NCBI RefSeq assembly: GCF_000150275.1
Contig: NW_002060947.1
Location: 72,494 to 136,493, forward strand
DNA from: Trichoplax adhaerens
Taxonomy: Eukaryota; Animalia; Placozoa
Direction: 5' to 3'
DNA: 64,000 nucleotides
Below the pieces are notes generated by a model. It searched no databases, was not told where the DNA came from, and saw only the letters and a list, made by a program, of their open reading frames with translations. Both the position numbers and the translations under genes were made by a program. Positions 24,451-38,843 of the stretch are shown in pieces. Each line of letters opens with the position of its first letter. The first letter of the stretch is position 1.

Positions 24451-27400
24451 TCATTCATCCACGTCCATTAGCATTAGCTCCTCATTATCATCATCTTCAG
24501 TCAATGATGTCCGTTGTTTAAGCTCTCCTAACGTTAATATATATTCTAACGTGGATCTATTACTATTGCACCTATATAAAAAATATAAGCAGCTTAATTA
24601 CCTAAAAAATGTCAGAACGGTGCTTACGTAAATTCATGTACGTAGAGGTATCACATCTTACAATTTTGATAGATCATTTTTCTTGTCCTTAATACTCTTT
24701 TGTAGTGAAATCAAAATTGGCATAATATCTCCCGATTTCTGTTTCAGAGCAGTACCGTGATGCATTAACAATCGATTAGACCAGATGAGATAGAATTCTA
24801 GGTGACGTGATGTTTCTAACTCGAACGCAACAAATTGAAGAATTTTTTCTACGTAGACCAATGGTAAGTACTGGCAAACCAAATCAACTAAGTAGGCAAA
24901 TAATACAGTATTTTTGCTTGTAACACTTTCCATCATAATCATACGATCTTATCAGACGTTATAACAGTACTTACTGCTGTCAGGCTTGATATTTTCAATA
25001 ATTTCACGAATGATAGCAACTTCATTTAATCTGAAAGCTAACATTACCGAAGCAAGATAATTGCCATCTTGCAAATTCTGTCGAATAGTTTCAGGGGTAA
25101 CATCGATACTTAAATCATACGGGTCAAAGGTTAATGACGAATCCAGTGAATAAATCATCAGACCTTCGGTTGTTGCAGCAGCAAATGAATGGCCTAAATA
25201 TAAATATAAATTATGAGCATATTACGCATAAAAGGCAGATTTAGCTATTAAAAAATAGTCGTAGCGTCATACCAGATGGGCTAAACTGTAAACTTTTCAC
25301 TCGTATTTCAGGTCTTACTTTTCTGGAACTCATATCACCTATATAAATCAAATTGCACCGAAATAGTACTTACATACTACTGATTACATGATGAAACATT
25401 ATCAAGTATTAATACAACCTTTAGTGACACCAGGTAATGTAATGTCTTCCTTATCACTATCATCACTTAAATCTAGCTGATCTAATGGTCCTGCCTCTGT
25501 CATCAAACGGCTATTCAAAAATTCCTACAGTATACAAAGTAAGATTTTATTCCTCTTTCACATCTTCAACAACATTGTCATAGACGTGTTGATACAAATG
25601 ACAAATAACCTGAATACCATCCAAAGATAGATTACGTGATACTTCGAAAGCTTTCAACAAAACCTAACAGATGGCCAGTTATGAACAAAATTTTGAAATT
25701 TTTCGTTGTACTATATATACAAAATGTGTAGAAATCGGAGAATTTATGCGTACCTGTTGGTTAATATTATAAATACAAATACGCTTCGATCTACCACCTG
25801 CTAGGACATATTCACCATCCGCAGAATAGCAAAGACAATTAAAGCATCTACATGCGTATATTTTCAAATAATAAATCATCGTTAAATCGTTGTTTTAAAA
25901 TAGTATTCAACTTTTATATTACTACTCAAATAATTGTCAAACTAACTTTCCTTCCGCTGACTTCTTAGCTGTTATAATATCCTGTGAACTTCTACCTCCA
26001 CCTAAGTCCGCTTTGGCATCGATTGATCGGGTTTGCATTGCATCTATACTATTCCAAAATGATAATTCGCCATTATATGTCGCCACTGCTAATTCTTTAC
26101 CACTGGGGCTGAAGATTGTAAAAGTTGCTAAAATAATAAATTATTGAAACATAGAATTTAGAAAAGATTATCACACGCTATCCCTATTAACATTATTATT
26201 ATTACCGATCGAATTGAACTGTAAACATTCCACAGCAGTATTTTTCTCGTATATTTTCCATAATCGAACGGTCATATCCCAAGAAGAAGAGGCTAGTAAT
26301 GTGACATCTTTACTAAATGTTAAGGACGAAACTGGGCCTTCGTGACCTTTTAAAATCTATTTCAAGGCAAAGCAATGCGAAATTTTTTTTACTTCAATAA
26401 ATTTATCTTTTTATAAGAAGCAAAAGCTGATATTTGTGGTCACAATAATCATCTAAACAGCTGTTGCAATGAGCAAATCATACCTCCAATAGTTTACCAG
26501 TCTGCATTGACCATACGTAAATATCAAAATGATTATGCGAGCCAGCAGCTATAATTTCATCACCATCTAAGCCAAGACATGAAAATTGAGTTGGAAATGG
26601 CGAAACAAACGTTCTAAAGTTTCGGTAGCTGTACCATCAAAAAGGTTGTCAATTTTCAGTCTATCAAACAAATATTGCCGTGATGTAGTTTCCAACAGTT
26701 AATAAAAGTATTGTCTTACCGTATCAAGTCGAATGCTCGTACCGTTCCATCTAAAGAAGCTGAAACAACTACTTGACCATTGGACTTGAATGCAAGTCCA
26801 GTTATGCTTGAATTATGTTCGCTAAAGGTAACAAAGCAGAATCCAGAAGATGTATTCCATAATTTGACCTGAAAATCATATGCAGATATTTCATATGGCA
26901 AGTCTATAAGGTATGCAAATAAAAATAAATATACATAACCATGATTTACCTTGCCATCATCTCCTCCTGTAGCAATTATCTGTCCATCCGGAGAATAAGA
27001 TAATACATTCATATCATAGTAATGGCCTTGTTGCTTTAAAATATATGTCTGACTTTGCCATTCCCATACTAATAGCTGTCCCATTCCAGCACAACCAAAC
27101 CCCAACCATTCTCCAGTTTCATTAATAGCAACAGTAGTAATTTTCTGTTGAGATATGCTGTCAATTGGATGTAAAATTTATAACTTTACTGTATAATTTA
27201 TTAATACTAGAACTTTTAATGATAATATAATAGCACCGTAAGAGTTACCTCAAGGAGTGAATAAGATTGAAGTCAGGGACTTCATAGAGAGTAAATACTC
27301 CGGTATTAAAGCCAACGATTAGCATATTGTCTCTCTTATGTAAAGTAGCACATGTTACTTCGGCACGATCTTGATTGAAGTAATGCCTATGTTGGATTAT

Positions 27401-29262
27401 GATATGACACATAGTAATTTCATTACTGTTAAGATCAAACGTATAAGTATTCCGTTTACGCGTATATATAGCAAAATACTTCCGAAGGTAATGCATAAAT
27501 AACGAACTTTGCATTTTTTGTCCATTTATATAAGCCTCTTTTAGGTTTCTTTTTCCTACTGTCTGTATCTTCTGAATTAGGGGGTGCACCATCTGCAATA
27601 TCACTTGCAGCCATTATAACTGAATGCCAAATGAATAAGGCACCGTCTTTGCTCACAGTATAGATCTACAATACGGTGGTATCATTAGAAAATTATTACC
27701 CATAAGGTTTATTATAAGTTAAAAATTAAAATTTATAAATGAATATTAAAAAGCGTACATTTAGGCTTTTCTCAGTGAAACAGCTCAATACTATCGCACT
27801 TTTATGCCCCGGTAGCGTCACTGGTGCAAAATCTTCCATTGGATTAGTTGAATATACGCGCGAAGTCATATCTTCCGATCCAATAACGAAAAATCTATAT
27901 AAGGCATTAAGTGTTTAAAAATGAATTATTTTTCAAATGCACAAGCTTCATTAAATCAACTTGTCGAGAGAACCCCATGGTACATACAAATAATATTAAT
28001 AATTATTATAATTTAGGTCTTCTACTCTAATAAATTAAAAATCAATTATAATTCTTATTAGTTGGAAACCTTGAATCCCAGCTCCAGTCGATGCACAGAG
28101 TGTTATCGTAATGTCCTGTATAAGTTCGATGGCGAATTAATGGCTGAAATTTTTTCTCATCGTGTGCTGGAGCTAACCAAACTTCTACATGTTTTTGATG
28201 TGTTACAGCAATATATCTAGCAATTATTAATGCAATCAAGCGGTTAAATACAAGTACTTTCAACGCAGCAGATACATCGAAATTACAGTATACAAGAAGA
28301 CTAACTTCCCATCTGGACTGAATTTGATATCATAGACTTTAGATTTAAAGTTGAATCTGTGAAATACAGTCTTGGTTTGCATATTAGCCAGTAGGGCCTT
28401 TCCATCTATTTTTGACAATTATACAAACAACATGAGCTCAAGATATTTACCGTATACAAGAACACACCTCGATCATCGTCATTCATAGTTACTCTGATTA
28501 CAATTTATCAAGATTAATATAAACAACAATTGAACATCCAAGAATTAACACAGACTCAAATGAATCGACTTATTCGATAAGTAATAACTACCTTGATCCA
28601 CCGTTATTATTAGTAAACCATTTGGAGATAAAGCAATTCTTGAAATATTTTTGACATTTTCGAATGGCAAAGTCTGCGATTTATGACTGCAAAACGAAAT
28701 AAAACATTGATAGAATGTGTTCTAACGTACGTATAATCCTCCTTGTACAATAAAAACGTAACAACGAGGATCACTCCATTCAGGCGATGTCAATGCAGAC
28801 TTACTTCTTAAGATCAAAAATGGTAATCCTATTTCCAACTGGACTCAACAGGCATTCGTTAGGCGTGAAAAGGATATTGCCACGCTTATAAACAGTTCCG
28901 CAAAGGTTGGAAAACTAACCATGAATAAGAAGAAGATATTAGTTGCAAGCCTAGTAGATAGAGGTACAGTACACGCATCATGGACGTTGATGGTTAAATC
29001 TTGTCAATCGATCTAACCTGTACTCTAATTGTATGCTGCAGCTCAATTCTATCATTACCTATTCTTTTATAATCGAAAACTAATTGCTATCACCAATACT
29101 AGATATTGCAATACTTTTGCTAGACAGCAGTCAATGCTATCATGGATGTACAGCAAAATTGCCAATCCAATCATTGCCTCCATTACTGCAACGTGTATTT
29201 CGTTGATATAAGTGTACATTTCAGATACTCTACAATCAAATTACCTTATAAGAAAACTTCAT
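24451..29262 (-). CDS. PWP2: Periodic tryptophan protein 2 (UTP1), WD40 SSU processome component
   Basis: MKFSYK|FSNLCGTVYKRGNILFTP, GMGQLLVWEWQSQTYILKQQGH, YSPDGQIIATGGDDGK|VKLWNTSSGFCFVTFSEH, SASLDGTVRAFDLIR|YRNFRTF, LCYSADGEYVLAGGRSK, FAAATTEGLMIYSLD, HLEFYLIW and an acidic C-terminus. Confidence 0.96.
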
Positions 29263-29989
29263 CTTGAAAATTGATCATGGATATTAGCAATCTGACATTC
29301 AAAGAGAGCCTGGCAATGGTATAATATACTGCAAATTAAGAGAATCGGCCTTTCAATATAGTTTAATTTCATAATATGGAGAGTTAGCACGCATGCTACT
29401 CTGCGATGCAGCCTCTAGCTGAGCTTTGCAGAATGCTCAGCTTCCAAGGCTACAGTACATAGTAGCGAGATGAACTGCTTAGCCTAGAAAGAATGAGCCG
29501 AATATGTCATTTATATGAATCGAGTAGCCATGTTTACGATATATCCCTATAACAGTACATTATACATCATGTTTACGACATAGGATAGCAAAACGACCAC
29601 TTTACTCTAACTGAAAAATACCAAGTTATACAATTTCTATTATTTCTACAACAAGTATCATACAGTACCCTGAAAGTACTTGATTGTACGGAAGTAAAAA
29701 TAATGTCGCCCAATGTACTGTAAGAAGCACTGAACGAATATGCTAGTGACATTCCTTTAGCGAGCGCGAATGGTGTCACATTTCGCATTGTATACTGTAT
29801 TCCACGTATTGCTAATGAATGTGACTAAATACTGGGTTGTAATACGAATCGCTAGCATAAGTAATGTCACTATATCTTGCTCAAAGTACCTCCTACAGTA
29901 CAAATTGAATCCCACCGGTGACATCATTTTTGTCAAGACCGTACGGTACTATACCATCGTCAACGCAAGCGTAGAAGCCAACCGAGGAT

Positions 29990-30003
29990 GTATCCATGGA
30001 AAC
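29990..30003. promoter_or_regulatory. RFX X-box (GTATCCATGGAAAC) upstream of DNAL1
   Basis: Exact fit to the GTHNYY-AT-RRNAAC consensus, ~270 bp upstream of a ciliary gene. Confidence 0.75.
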
Positions 30004-30274
30004 GTGATACCAATAAAACGATCAATTATTCTGGTTTACATACGATTTTAATGCAGTAGATCAAGTTTGATACAAGTTTGCAGACTACAGGAGTCAATTT
30101 TAATACATACAGTACGTTATCATCACAATATTGCTGATTTCCAAGTGCTGTTTAGCATCAAGCTTATTTGAGCATTACTGCCCATATTACTGTTCAATCT
30201 TTCAGCGGACAAGTTGCATTTTTAACTTGTTTATTCTAGGACACCTTCGTATAGTAGTTAATTAATATTATAAC

Positions 30275-31194
30275 ATGTCGAAAGGAATTAACGTTCGAGA
30301 TGCATTATCAAGATGGGAAGAGCGAACTGGTAAGAAAGCTGCGGACGAAAAAAAGATCAAAATATGCGGGATGTTACCTTTGATAGAAAAAATGGATGCT
30401 TCCTTATCTATGTTGGTCAATTGTGAACAATTATCCCTCTCTTCTAATTCTATTGAAAAAATTGCTAATTTGAATGGATTAAAGAATTTAAAGGTTCTAT
30501 CTTTGGGTCGTAATAATATCAAGAGCTTGAATGGAGTGGTAAGATGATTAGTATCAAGTTGTTGAATAGTATACTTAATCAGTCTACAGTTACACATTAA
30601 TGTAGCATAACCTTTTTATGCATTTAATGATGAGCGATCGTGCAGTGGAAAAATCATTACTGTAGATACCCAAATACTTATTTTAAAATACACCGCATTA
30701 ATACAGAACAATGTGCTATCGATACTTCTAAACTACTAAAAATGTATCATGTTCTAAAAAACGTATACCAAACACGTCAGACTAGCTTCACCTGTTTATC
30801 ATTAGATACTTTACTCTGATTAAAATTTTCTTCAGCAATTGGCATAATTTTGATTTTATATTATATTATATAGGAAGTATTAGGCGATACTTTGGAGCAA
30901 CTCTGGATTTCTTATAACAACATTGAAAAGTTGAAAGGTGTCGATCATCTTAAAAAGTTGAAAGTTTTATACATGTCCAATAATAGGGTTAAAGATTGGG
31001 CCGAATTTCAAAAATTAGCTGAGGTAGCGCAGTTGGAAGACCTACTACTTGTTAACAATCCAATAGAAGAAAAGCACTCCAATGATGGAGACTGGAGAGA
31101 TCAAGTTAGCAGGCGCTTACCAAAGCTTAAAAAACTAGACGGTGTCCCAATAGTTAAGCAAGAAGAAGACGATGAAGAAAATGCTGAAGATTAA
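30275..31194 (+). CDS. DNAL1: Axonemal dynein light chain 1 (LRR), exons 30275-30538 and 30874-31194, 194 aa
   Basis: [16 protein letters not shown]...[54 protein letters not shown]|[22 protein letters not shown]...[17 protein letters not shown]...[10 protein letters not shown]. Confidence 0.96.
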
Positions 31195-31750
31195 TGACTA
31201 AAGAAACTATTATTTTTTTTTGTACAGTTGCACTAATTAACTTTTGCTTGCTAAGATATTTCAATAGTTATCAATATCTAAAAATTCAAGAGTCTTTATT
31301 ACTCTGTCGATAAAGGTGCCTTTACAAATAGTGCATAAACTTGTAGAATCCCGGTTATTCAAATTGAAATATAAAAATCAAATCATAACGATTGTCGATG
31401 ATACTTTTACAAATTGCGGTTTGATTTTAAGTCTTAATTACTAAATTAAAATACGTTTATAATACGATAGTGCTGTTATATCAGCCTTAGTTACCATTTT
31501 TAATTACGATTAGCAAGTAAATTTCGTAAAATTATAGTAACAAGCAATGACAGTCATTATTTATCATATGAAAACATGTAAATTGCATATGCAGTTTTCT
31601 GTATAGTCTAAATAAAAATGTATCACAGACTCATGAATAAAATTACATACTGTACGCGCTACATATTGATGGTGCTTTTATTATTTGCAAAGCTATTCCG
31701 AAATTCATTTGCTATAATGGCATTTGAAACGATCTATTACAGCTGTAACA

Positions 31751-34700
31751 TTACTTGCTTTGAGAGTATAATGAGCTTAACATTTTCATAATATCACCAT
31801 GACTAGAATTGGGATGTTTGGATCTCACAGCTGCAAAGTTTTCTTTCACAAACAATGCGAAATTATTCGGTTTACCAGATTTCGACTTATTTGAACCGAC
31901 GTTTCGAACCATTTCTAAATGGCTTCAAGACAGTAGGAATAATTACATGAATTCATTCAAATCCTTAGATATAAATATTGTGAAGCAGAATTCCTTCAAT
32001 TTGTGCGACATTGCAGCTATAACTTACCTAAGGCAATATGGGCAGGCATGGCTGGTTACGTTTATAGACTTTGAATGTCGATCGATTCTATATACATTAA
32101 AAAGATATAAACTAAATACTACTGTAAATGCTTATGCAATTTAAATTCGTATACACTAATTGCATCTTAGGCTTACTTATAGCTACATTCTAAATTTGTA
32201 CATCTATAAGTATATTTCGCATGGATGTTGTAGCTGTGGCAGCGGCTGATTAAAGGAATATTAGGATAGATTTTATTTGCTTTATAGGCCCTACACAAAT
32301 TTATAAAAATTCTCCACATTATAAATAGATTTGTGTAATTGTTACGAAACTACGCTTAGATATATATACTCATTACTGACAATCTGCATTTAAATAGGTT
32401 TATTGGAAGTAATTGAATTATCAAATAAGTGTACTATGCTAATTCATTTCTACGAGTACACGAAATAACAGGTCTATAAATGGACTACACCAGCAATAGA
32501 TAAAATATCTCTATGATTAAAATAAACACAAAGCAGCTAAACGTCTCTCTATCACTCAATTTGAAATCAAGCAAATTACTACTGTGCCGTACCAATACTT
32601 CCAGATTTTTCCATGCCCGTCTTTGCAACCGTTTACTACCCAAGTCGCAGCATGGCATAATTCATGAATTAGAGTATCACGAATTCGCTCTATAATAGCA
32701 AAGAATCAAATGTGAAATTACCATTATACAAGATTATAAAATTAGAAAACCGTTACCAGTGGAATCGCAAACTTTCTCCGATAACTCTATCCTTGCGATT
32801 CTTGCATTTTCTCGACGCGTATAAATACAAAATCCGGCAGTTTTTGTCATTTTTTTATTCCACGTAATTTGAAAATCACTAGGTAGCTGCAGAATAGAAT
32901 AGAAACAAAAAATTTTACGTGACGGTAAAATTTCTAAAGGTTATTGTGATCCCTGAATGTGAGAACTAGCTAGCCGATGAACAACTACGCGAGTCTACGC
33001 GTATTCCGAAAATGCAGCACTTTCATTACGAGTACGACAGCGTAGAAATTTTAAAATTTCTAGGTTAATACCTTGCTATCGAAGACGCGTCGATTATATT
33101 CTTCAAATAGCCCTTGTACAAGTATATCTCGATTACTTTTCAATTTTCGGACAGACCATGGGGTGTTTCTTTTTGCTGGTGTATCGATACTACTTAAAAC
33201 TGCACTAAGGGGATCAAAGTTGTACAAATCTTGTTCTTGGTTCGAATTCAAATTTTTTCGCTCTACTACAAGTTGACCTAGTAAGACGATGATATACGAG
33301 CGTTACCGTTTAGGAACAGATCGTTCACTGATTAATAGTGAAGATAAGTAGGACTTACCTGCTTTTTTAGAAGTAGAATTCCAAGGTTTATTTGAAGGAG
33401 TGAAACGCACCACTGGTGTTGATGATAAGTGATCATCAACCTGCTTGGCATCTGATACAGTGCTAGAATCATTCTTGCTGTTGCAATCATCTACCACAAA
33501 ATTACTTTCCTTTCGTAAGTCGTCATTACAAGATTGCACAAATGATTGTCTTTCATCGCTGTCAAGTGATCCGTCAGTGTTATCGCTAACAATAAAATCA
33601 TTTAGGCTACGAATGAAAAAGTTCAGAATTAGCTTATCGTAATTCCCTAGCGAAAGAGGCTACTAAATAGGTCTGATTCCGCCAAGTATTTCAAAAGTTA
33701 GTGAATAGCCCTTATTGATTATTTCGATATAATATATAGCAATAGCTATGATCCATTTTATATTTCACGTCAATACTCGCTAGGTATTTTAATTTATCTT
33801 AACCTATCTGAACTTTTATCGCTTAGCGATTTTCCCATCGTCGGGTTCCTGTGCTTACGTAAAACTAGAATTAAAATATTTTATTAGGTATAGATACATA
33901 TAATGTTATTTCAGGACAGCTATAAATACTTAATTAAGCTTAGTTAAAATGATTTGCTTCGAGTCTCATGCATTACATAATTCAAATTGGTCATCTTCGT
34001 CACTACTGTTACAGTCGCGTCTGCTAAAACGCTCGCAATGGATTTCATTTACTTCGTCAACCCTTGTAAATATATTAGAGTTTGACCATTAATCACTCGT
34101 AAGTACGAATTATAGCTGCAGCATTACAGAGTTATATTTTCAAATGAATCAAATATTATAATAATCTACAAGGTAAGTATTTAGAGAAGTATGAAAGTTT
34201 ATCATACCTGGAAGATTGATCACTAAGATTTTCTAATAATGAAAACACGTTAGTACACGCATTTCTTTCAGATGATAAATAAAGTATTAGAGAAAAAAAT
34301 TTTTTTATTCATACCAGAAGGCCTTGATTCATCAATAAAAGATCTATCTTCTCCACTACAAATAAAAAGGTTGTAAATTTTTAATGATTAGTTCATTAAT
34401 ACATTGCTAAGAACTTGCAAAACAATTTGGAGTACATTTAACAATAACGCAGGCTAGACTGTACCTATTCAAATTGGATTTATCCGTTGTATGATTCCTA
34501 TTCCTGCTTACATCTGCAAATTGAAATACACTTTTAGGGGTTATTTAAAACACAGAAATAAAACTGCCTATCTAAGCCTTAGTCAATATAGTTTGATGTT
34601 CATTAACATGAGTTATCTTACCATCACCAGAATTACTACTTTCATCTTTTAGCATAGAAGCTTTGTCTTGATCATAAGCAGTTTTATTACTTTCAGTGCT

Positions 34701-37700
34701 ATTCGAAATATAAAATTAACCCATAAATTTTGCAGTAGCTATAATATTACCCACGAATTTGAATCATTTCTAGTATAAACTGTTATTATTATTTCTATCA
34801 ACGACAGTATTGTATAAAACAATCAATGTTATATCTAATTAAGTCCTTAATACCTAGAAATCTCATATACTGAGGCACCTAGTAGAAAGTTTATAAATAT
34901 TAGCATAGAGTAATAGCACATATTAGTATAACCATAAGAAATTCTTACGTGAGTTGCTAGCTTTTGAGTTAGAATTTAGCAAGTTATGCGAATTGTCGCC
35001 TTGATTATAGCAGATTGAACTGTAGCCATCACTTAAATTAATGCTTGATTCGTAGTCTAGCCTATACAGAGAAATCGAAGCTCTAAGTGTCAATATAGAA
35101 TATAATCCATTAAATTTCAGATGTTGCGAAGAACGCTAAGATTTAAAAATATAAGTTCATTCACTTTTATAGTTTTGCCATTACGGTAAATAGTAATAGC
35201 GGAAAATACCTAAATTGAAGCTGTTTTCTCTTCATGATAGCACTAGTTAAAGCGTAGTTGGATGTTGATTCCATAGCTATGATCATAACATTGTCATGAT
35301 AGTATTTGAAGATGGTAACGTCAAGATTTGGCATAAAGTATATTCTCGTATTCGATTTCATACCATTAAAATATTATACATACAATCATCTAAGTCTTGT
35401 TCATCATCGGCTTCTTCAGGATATTGATAATCTTTAGTATGGATATTTAGTCGTTCGTTAAATGAGCTGCGCCATGCAATATGATCAAAGACGTTAATTA
35501 ATTAACCAGCAATAGTGTCAAGGTGCAAATGCTGATATTACGTTTTTTATACACCAATTCCGCTTAGATTAATTTTAATTGCAATAGCTTATTATTAAAG
35601 CAGTATACTATATTATTCAGCTTATATCGACCTTGCACATACTCAGAAGATGCGAATTGGTATTCAGATATCACAGAATGAATTGAGTCTGTATTCATAA
35701 TTTTATCGTGGTTCAACAAATAGTGGATGCATGTTTCAGCAAAAGGGCAATTTGTGAAATTATTGACTAATAATATCTCGATTAGAAATATAATACATAT
35801 TAAGCGGACACTGAAGACAGCTTTGTTATACTTCTCACTAATCTACTATGCAAAAGCTTATTCCGAATTTTTCAGGCAGATCTCAACTTAATAATAATTA
35901 TAATTAGTGCAAATCAGAATCGGCTTACAAATATCATGACAAATTAAAATACTGCAACGATAAAGCTTAGCGCGAGGGTAACTGGAAGATAAATACTGAT
36001 AGTAAAGTAAAGTATATTAGTTCTGACAAGTACAGTACCTACTTCAACAACGGTTAAGTATAGATTCCGATTTAGTAAGCTACGAATTAACTAACTTACT
36101 TTTCTTTATTATTCTCAAAAGGTATGCTACGTAGCGAACTCTCTTGGTTGCTGGTATTACCTAGGCTTCTAATATCATCTAATAAAAATAGTATAATCTT
36201 ACAGTGACGAAAATGACAAATTGAAATTGTGATTATTCATGATTATCGTATCGATCAAATACATTCTTCTATACTCTTACTACCATTTTCTAACTTTCTA
36301 GTATTTTCGTCTTCTACAACAGGATTAGATTTTTCGTAATCGTAGCTACAGTTATTTGAATTGTTTGATATGGTTAACTTATTGCCTCTTAAAGCATCCT
36401 CGCTGTTTAATCCAGATTGATCGACGGCAGTAGCGTCAAAGAAAGTAGAATTTGCGGCAGATTCCACTAAGCTTTCCTTTACCGACGTGTTCTCTTTCAT
36501 TATATCTTTGTTATGGTGAGTAATTTTCTTTTCAACCTATCGATTTCAGTATAGGATTACTGTATTATAATGATTGTACGTACAGATAAACTTTATAGAA
36601 GTCTTGCCATGTATAAGAGAAATTTTATAGATGGCTAGTGATGTAAATAATTCACAGTATACATTTGTTATTATTCAATATACCTTTCACGTTTTACTAA
36701 GAATATGTACTATCATAATATCTAGTCAATCTAACACACGTATAGGATGAGAAGATAACGAACGTTAAAATAGTTTAAGTGATCACGACTAGGAGATTAA
36801 GAGAAGTTGCCAATTAGCTGCATGGCTTAAAAGTAAACTCCACAGCACCGATATATGATATATTTTATCAACTCTACTTCTATGCATTATAATATTACAG
36901 TCATTACAATTACGAAATTCTATCACATTATTTTGCATATTTAAAGATAGCTGTGAGTGCATGCAACAAAATATCATTATTATAGTCAGAGTTGACATTT
37001 CAATAATGTGTTATGCAATTTTGGCAATTGGTCATCAACACTGCTTTCGTCTAATGTACGATACAACTGCAGTTATTATAATCCATCCTATCACATTGCT
37101 TTCTATGTGCTTAGATAATGACACCTTATATTCAAATATTATTATGCAATACTTTACAAATTAGGCATTTTATCAACATTACTTAATCAGTATCACTACT
37201 AAAATATATCCCCCCATTACAAGTAATCCTATCGTATTATTTTACATGTTTTAAAATAGCACATGTATGCACATTAAGATAGCGATGAATCCATGTTAAG
37301 ATATTATCATTTAATATAGTATTTTGCAATCCAGGTATTTATGGTAAGCATGGCTTAGGTATGATGTAGTGATGCAATACTTTTATAATAATGTTACGAG
37401 AGAGGCTTTAAATTACTAGTAACCCCTATCGCATTTCTATACATGTTCACGTTAAGATAGCGATGAGTCCAAGTTAAAATACCATCGTTCCAATAATATC
37501 ATTTGCAATTCAGGTATTTTATGGTCAACATGGCTTAAATATGATGTAGCGCTTTTATAATAATGCTACTAGAAAGAGATTTTAAATTACTAGTAATCCC
37601 TATCATATTTTTAAGTATGCTTAAGTTAAGATAGGGATGAGTCCTTCTTTAATATCATCATTTGATACTGTATTTTGCAATTCAGGTACTTTATAGTCAA

Positions 37701-38843
37701 CATAGCTTAGGCATGGTGTAGTGTTTAACAATAATATCACTACAGAGGTTTTAAATTACTAGTAAATCCCTACCATATTATTATGCCTGTTCACGTTAGA
37801 TAGCAATGAGTCCATGTTAAAATATCATCCTTTAATAATACTGTATTTTGTAATTCAAGCATTTCATCGTAAATATAGCTTCGGTATGATGCAGTGCTTT
37901 CAATGCACAATGCTATAAGAAGTCTTGGGTCACTACAAGTAATGCCTATTACATTATTATACATAGATATGTCAAGATAGAGACAAGTCTATGTTAAACT
38001 ATGGTTAAACAGTCAATTTAATACTGTACAGTATTTTACATTTCAAGCATTTTATCGTCCATGGTAACTTCTGCACGATAGGGTGCTTTCAATACACAAT
38101 GCTACAAGAGGCTTTGAGTCACTACAAATAAACCCTATCGGATTATTATGCATCTTTACGTCAAGATAGCAACAAGTCTAGATTAAAATATCGTGACACA
38201 GTATAACATTGTGCCTTGCAATAACATCAACAATGCTTGCTTGCGTTGGCTGCGTACAAGTATCATTATTTGGCGTGCATTAAAATGGCGACAAGTACAG
38301 GAACAAAAATGTCATCATAGGATAATGTATTTTCTAATTGAAGCATTAGGCCATCAATATTGCTTTACTTGTAAATGTATAATGCTATTACAACCAATGT
38401 AAGTCATAGCATGTGTTAAGAGAGCGACAGGTCTATGCTAAAGTATCATTGCATCGTAACCAACCACGCATCGCTAAGTGTATAGTCATTTTTACATTTG
38501 CAATTCAAACATTTCTATCAACTCCTCTTGTTATACGATACTACAATCATTACAGCAACTGATTTTAGTCTATAATCTAGAAAAACTTGGCTTCGTCATC
38601 CTTCAAGCAAATATACTCATACACTGACACGTTCTCGAGAAAGCAGTATTTTACAGTCGCAATGAAAGATAAACAACATTATGGAAAGATCATTTTCTAC
38701 CATATCTTATTAGACTAAAGGTTACCTACCTGAGCAATAGCCTCATTGATATCATGGCAATGTTGCAAGCCTATTTGGGCAATGAGATTATAAAACTTTT
38801 GTGCAATACGCTCCTTCTCGTCTGTGCTTATGATGCTTGCCAT
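31751..38843 (-). CDS. GCNA: Germ cell nuclear acidic protein (acidic IDR, SprT metalloprotease, zinc ribbon, HMG box)
   Basis: The first exon 38843-38730 (MASIISTDEKERIAQKFYNLIAQIG...) splices in phase to 36536. Many D/E/S/N-rich exons follow, then LFEEYNRRVFDSK|LPSDFQITWNKKMTKTAGFC, IELSEKVCDS, RDTLIHELCHAATWV...GHGKIWKYW, RHSKS...CPYC and HMG-like PNNFALFVKENF...HGDIMKMLSSLY. IDR exon boundaries are approximate. Confidence 0.88.
36900..38520. repeat. Degenerate tandem array, ~165-190 bp unit, about 9 copies, in GCNA intron 1
   Basis: The anchor aagatagcgatgagtccatgttaa-like motif recurs at ~36944, 37112, 37276, 37454, 37628, 37797, 37974, 38163 and 38418, followed by tttgcaattcaggta and tactagtaa(c/t)cctatc. 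Confidence 0.85.
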
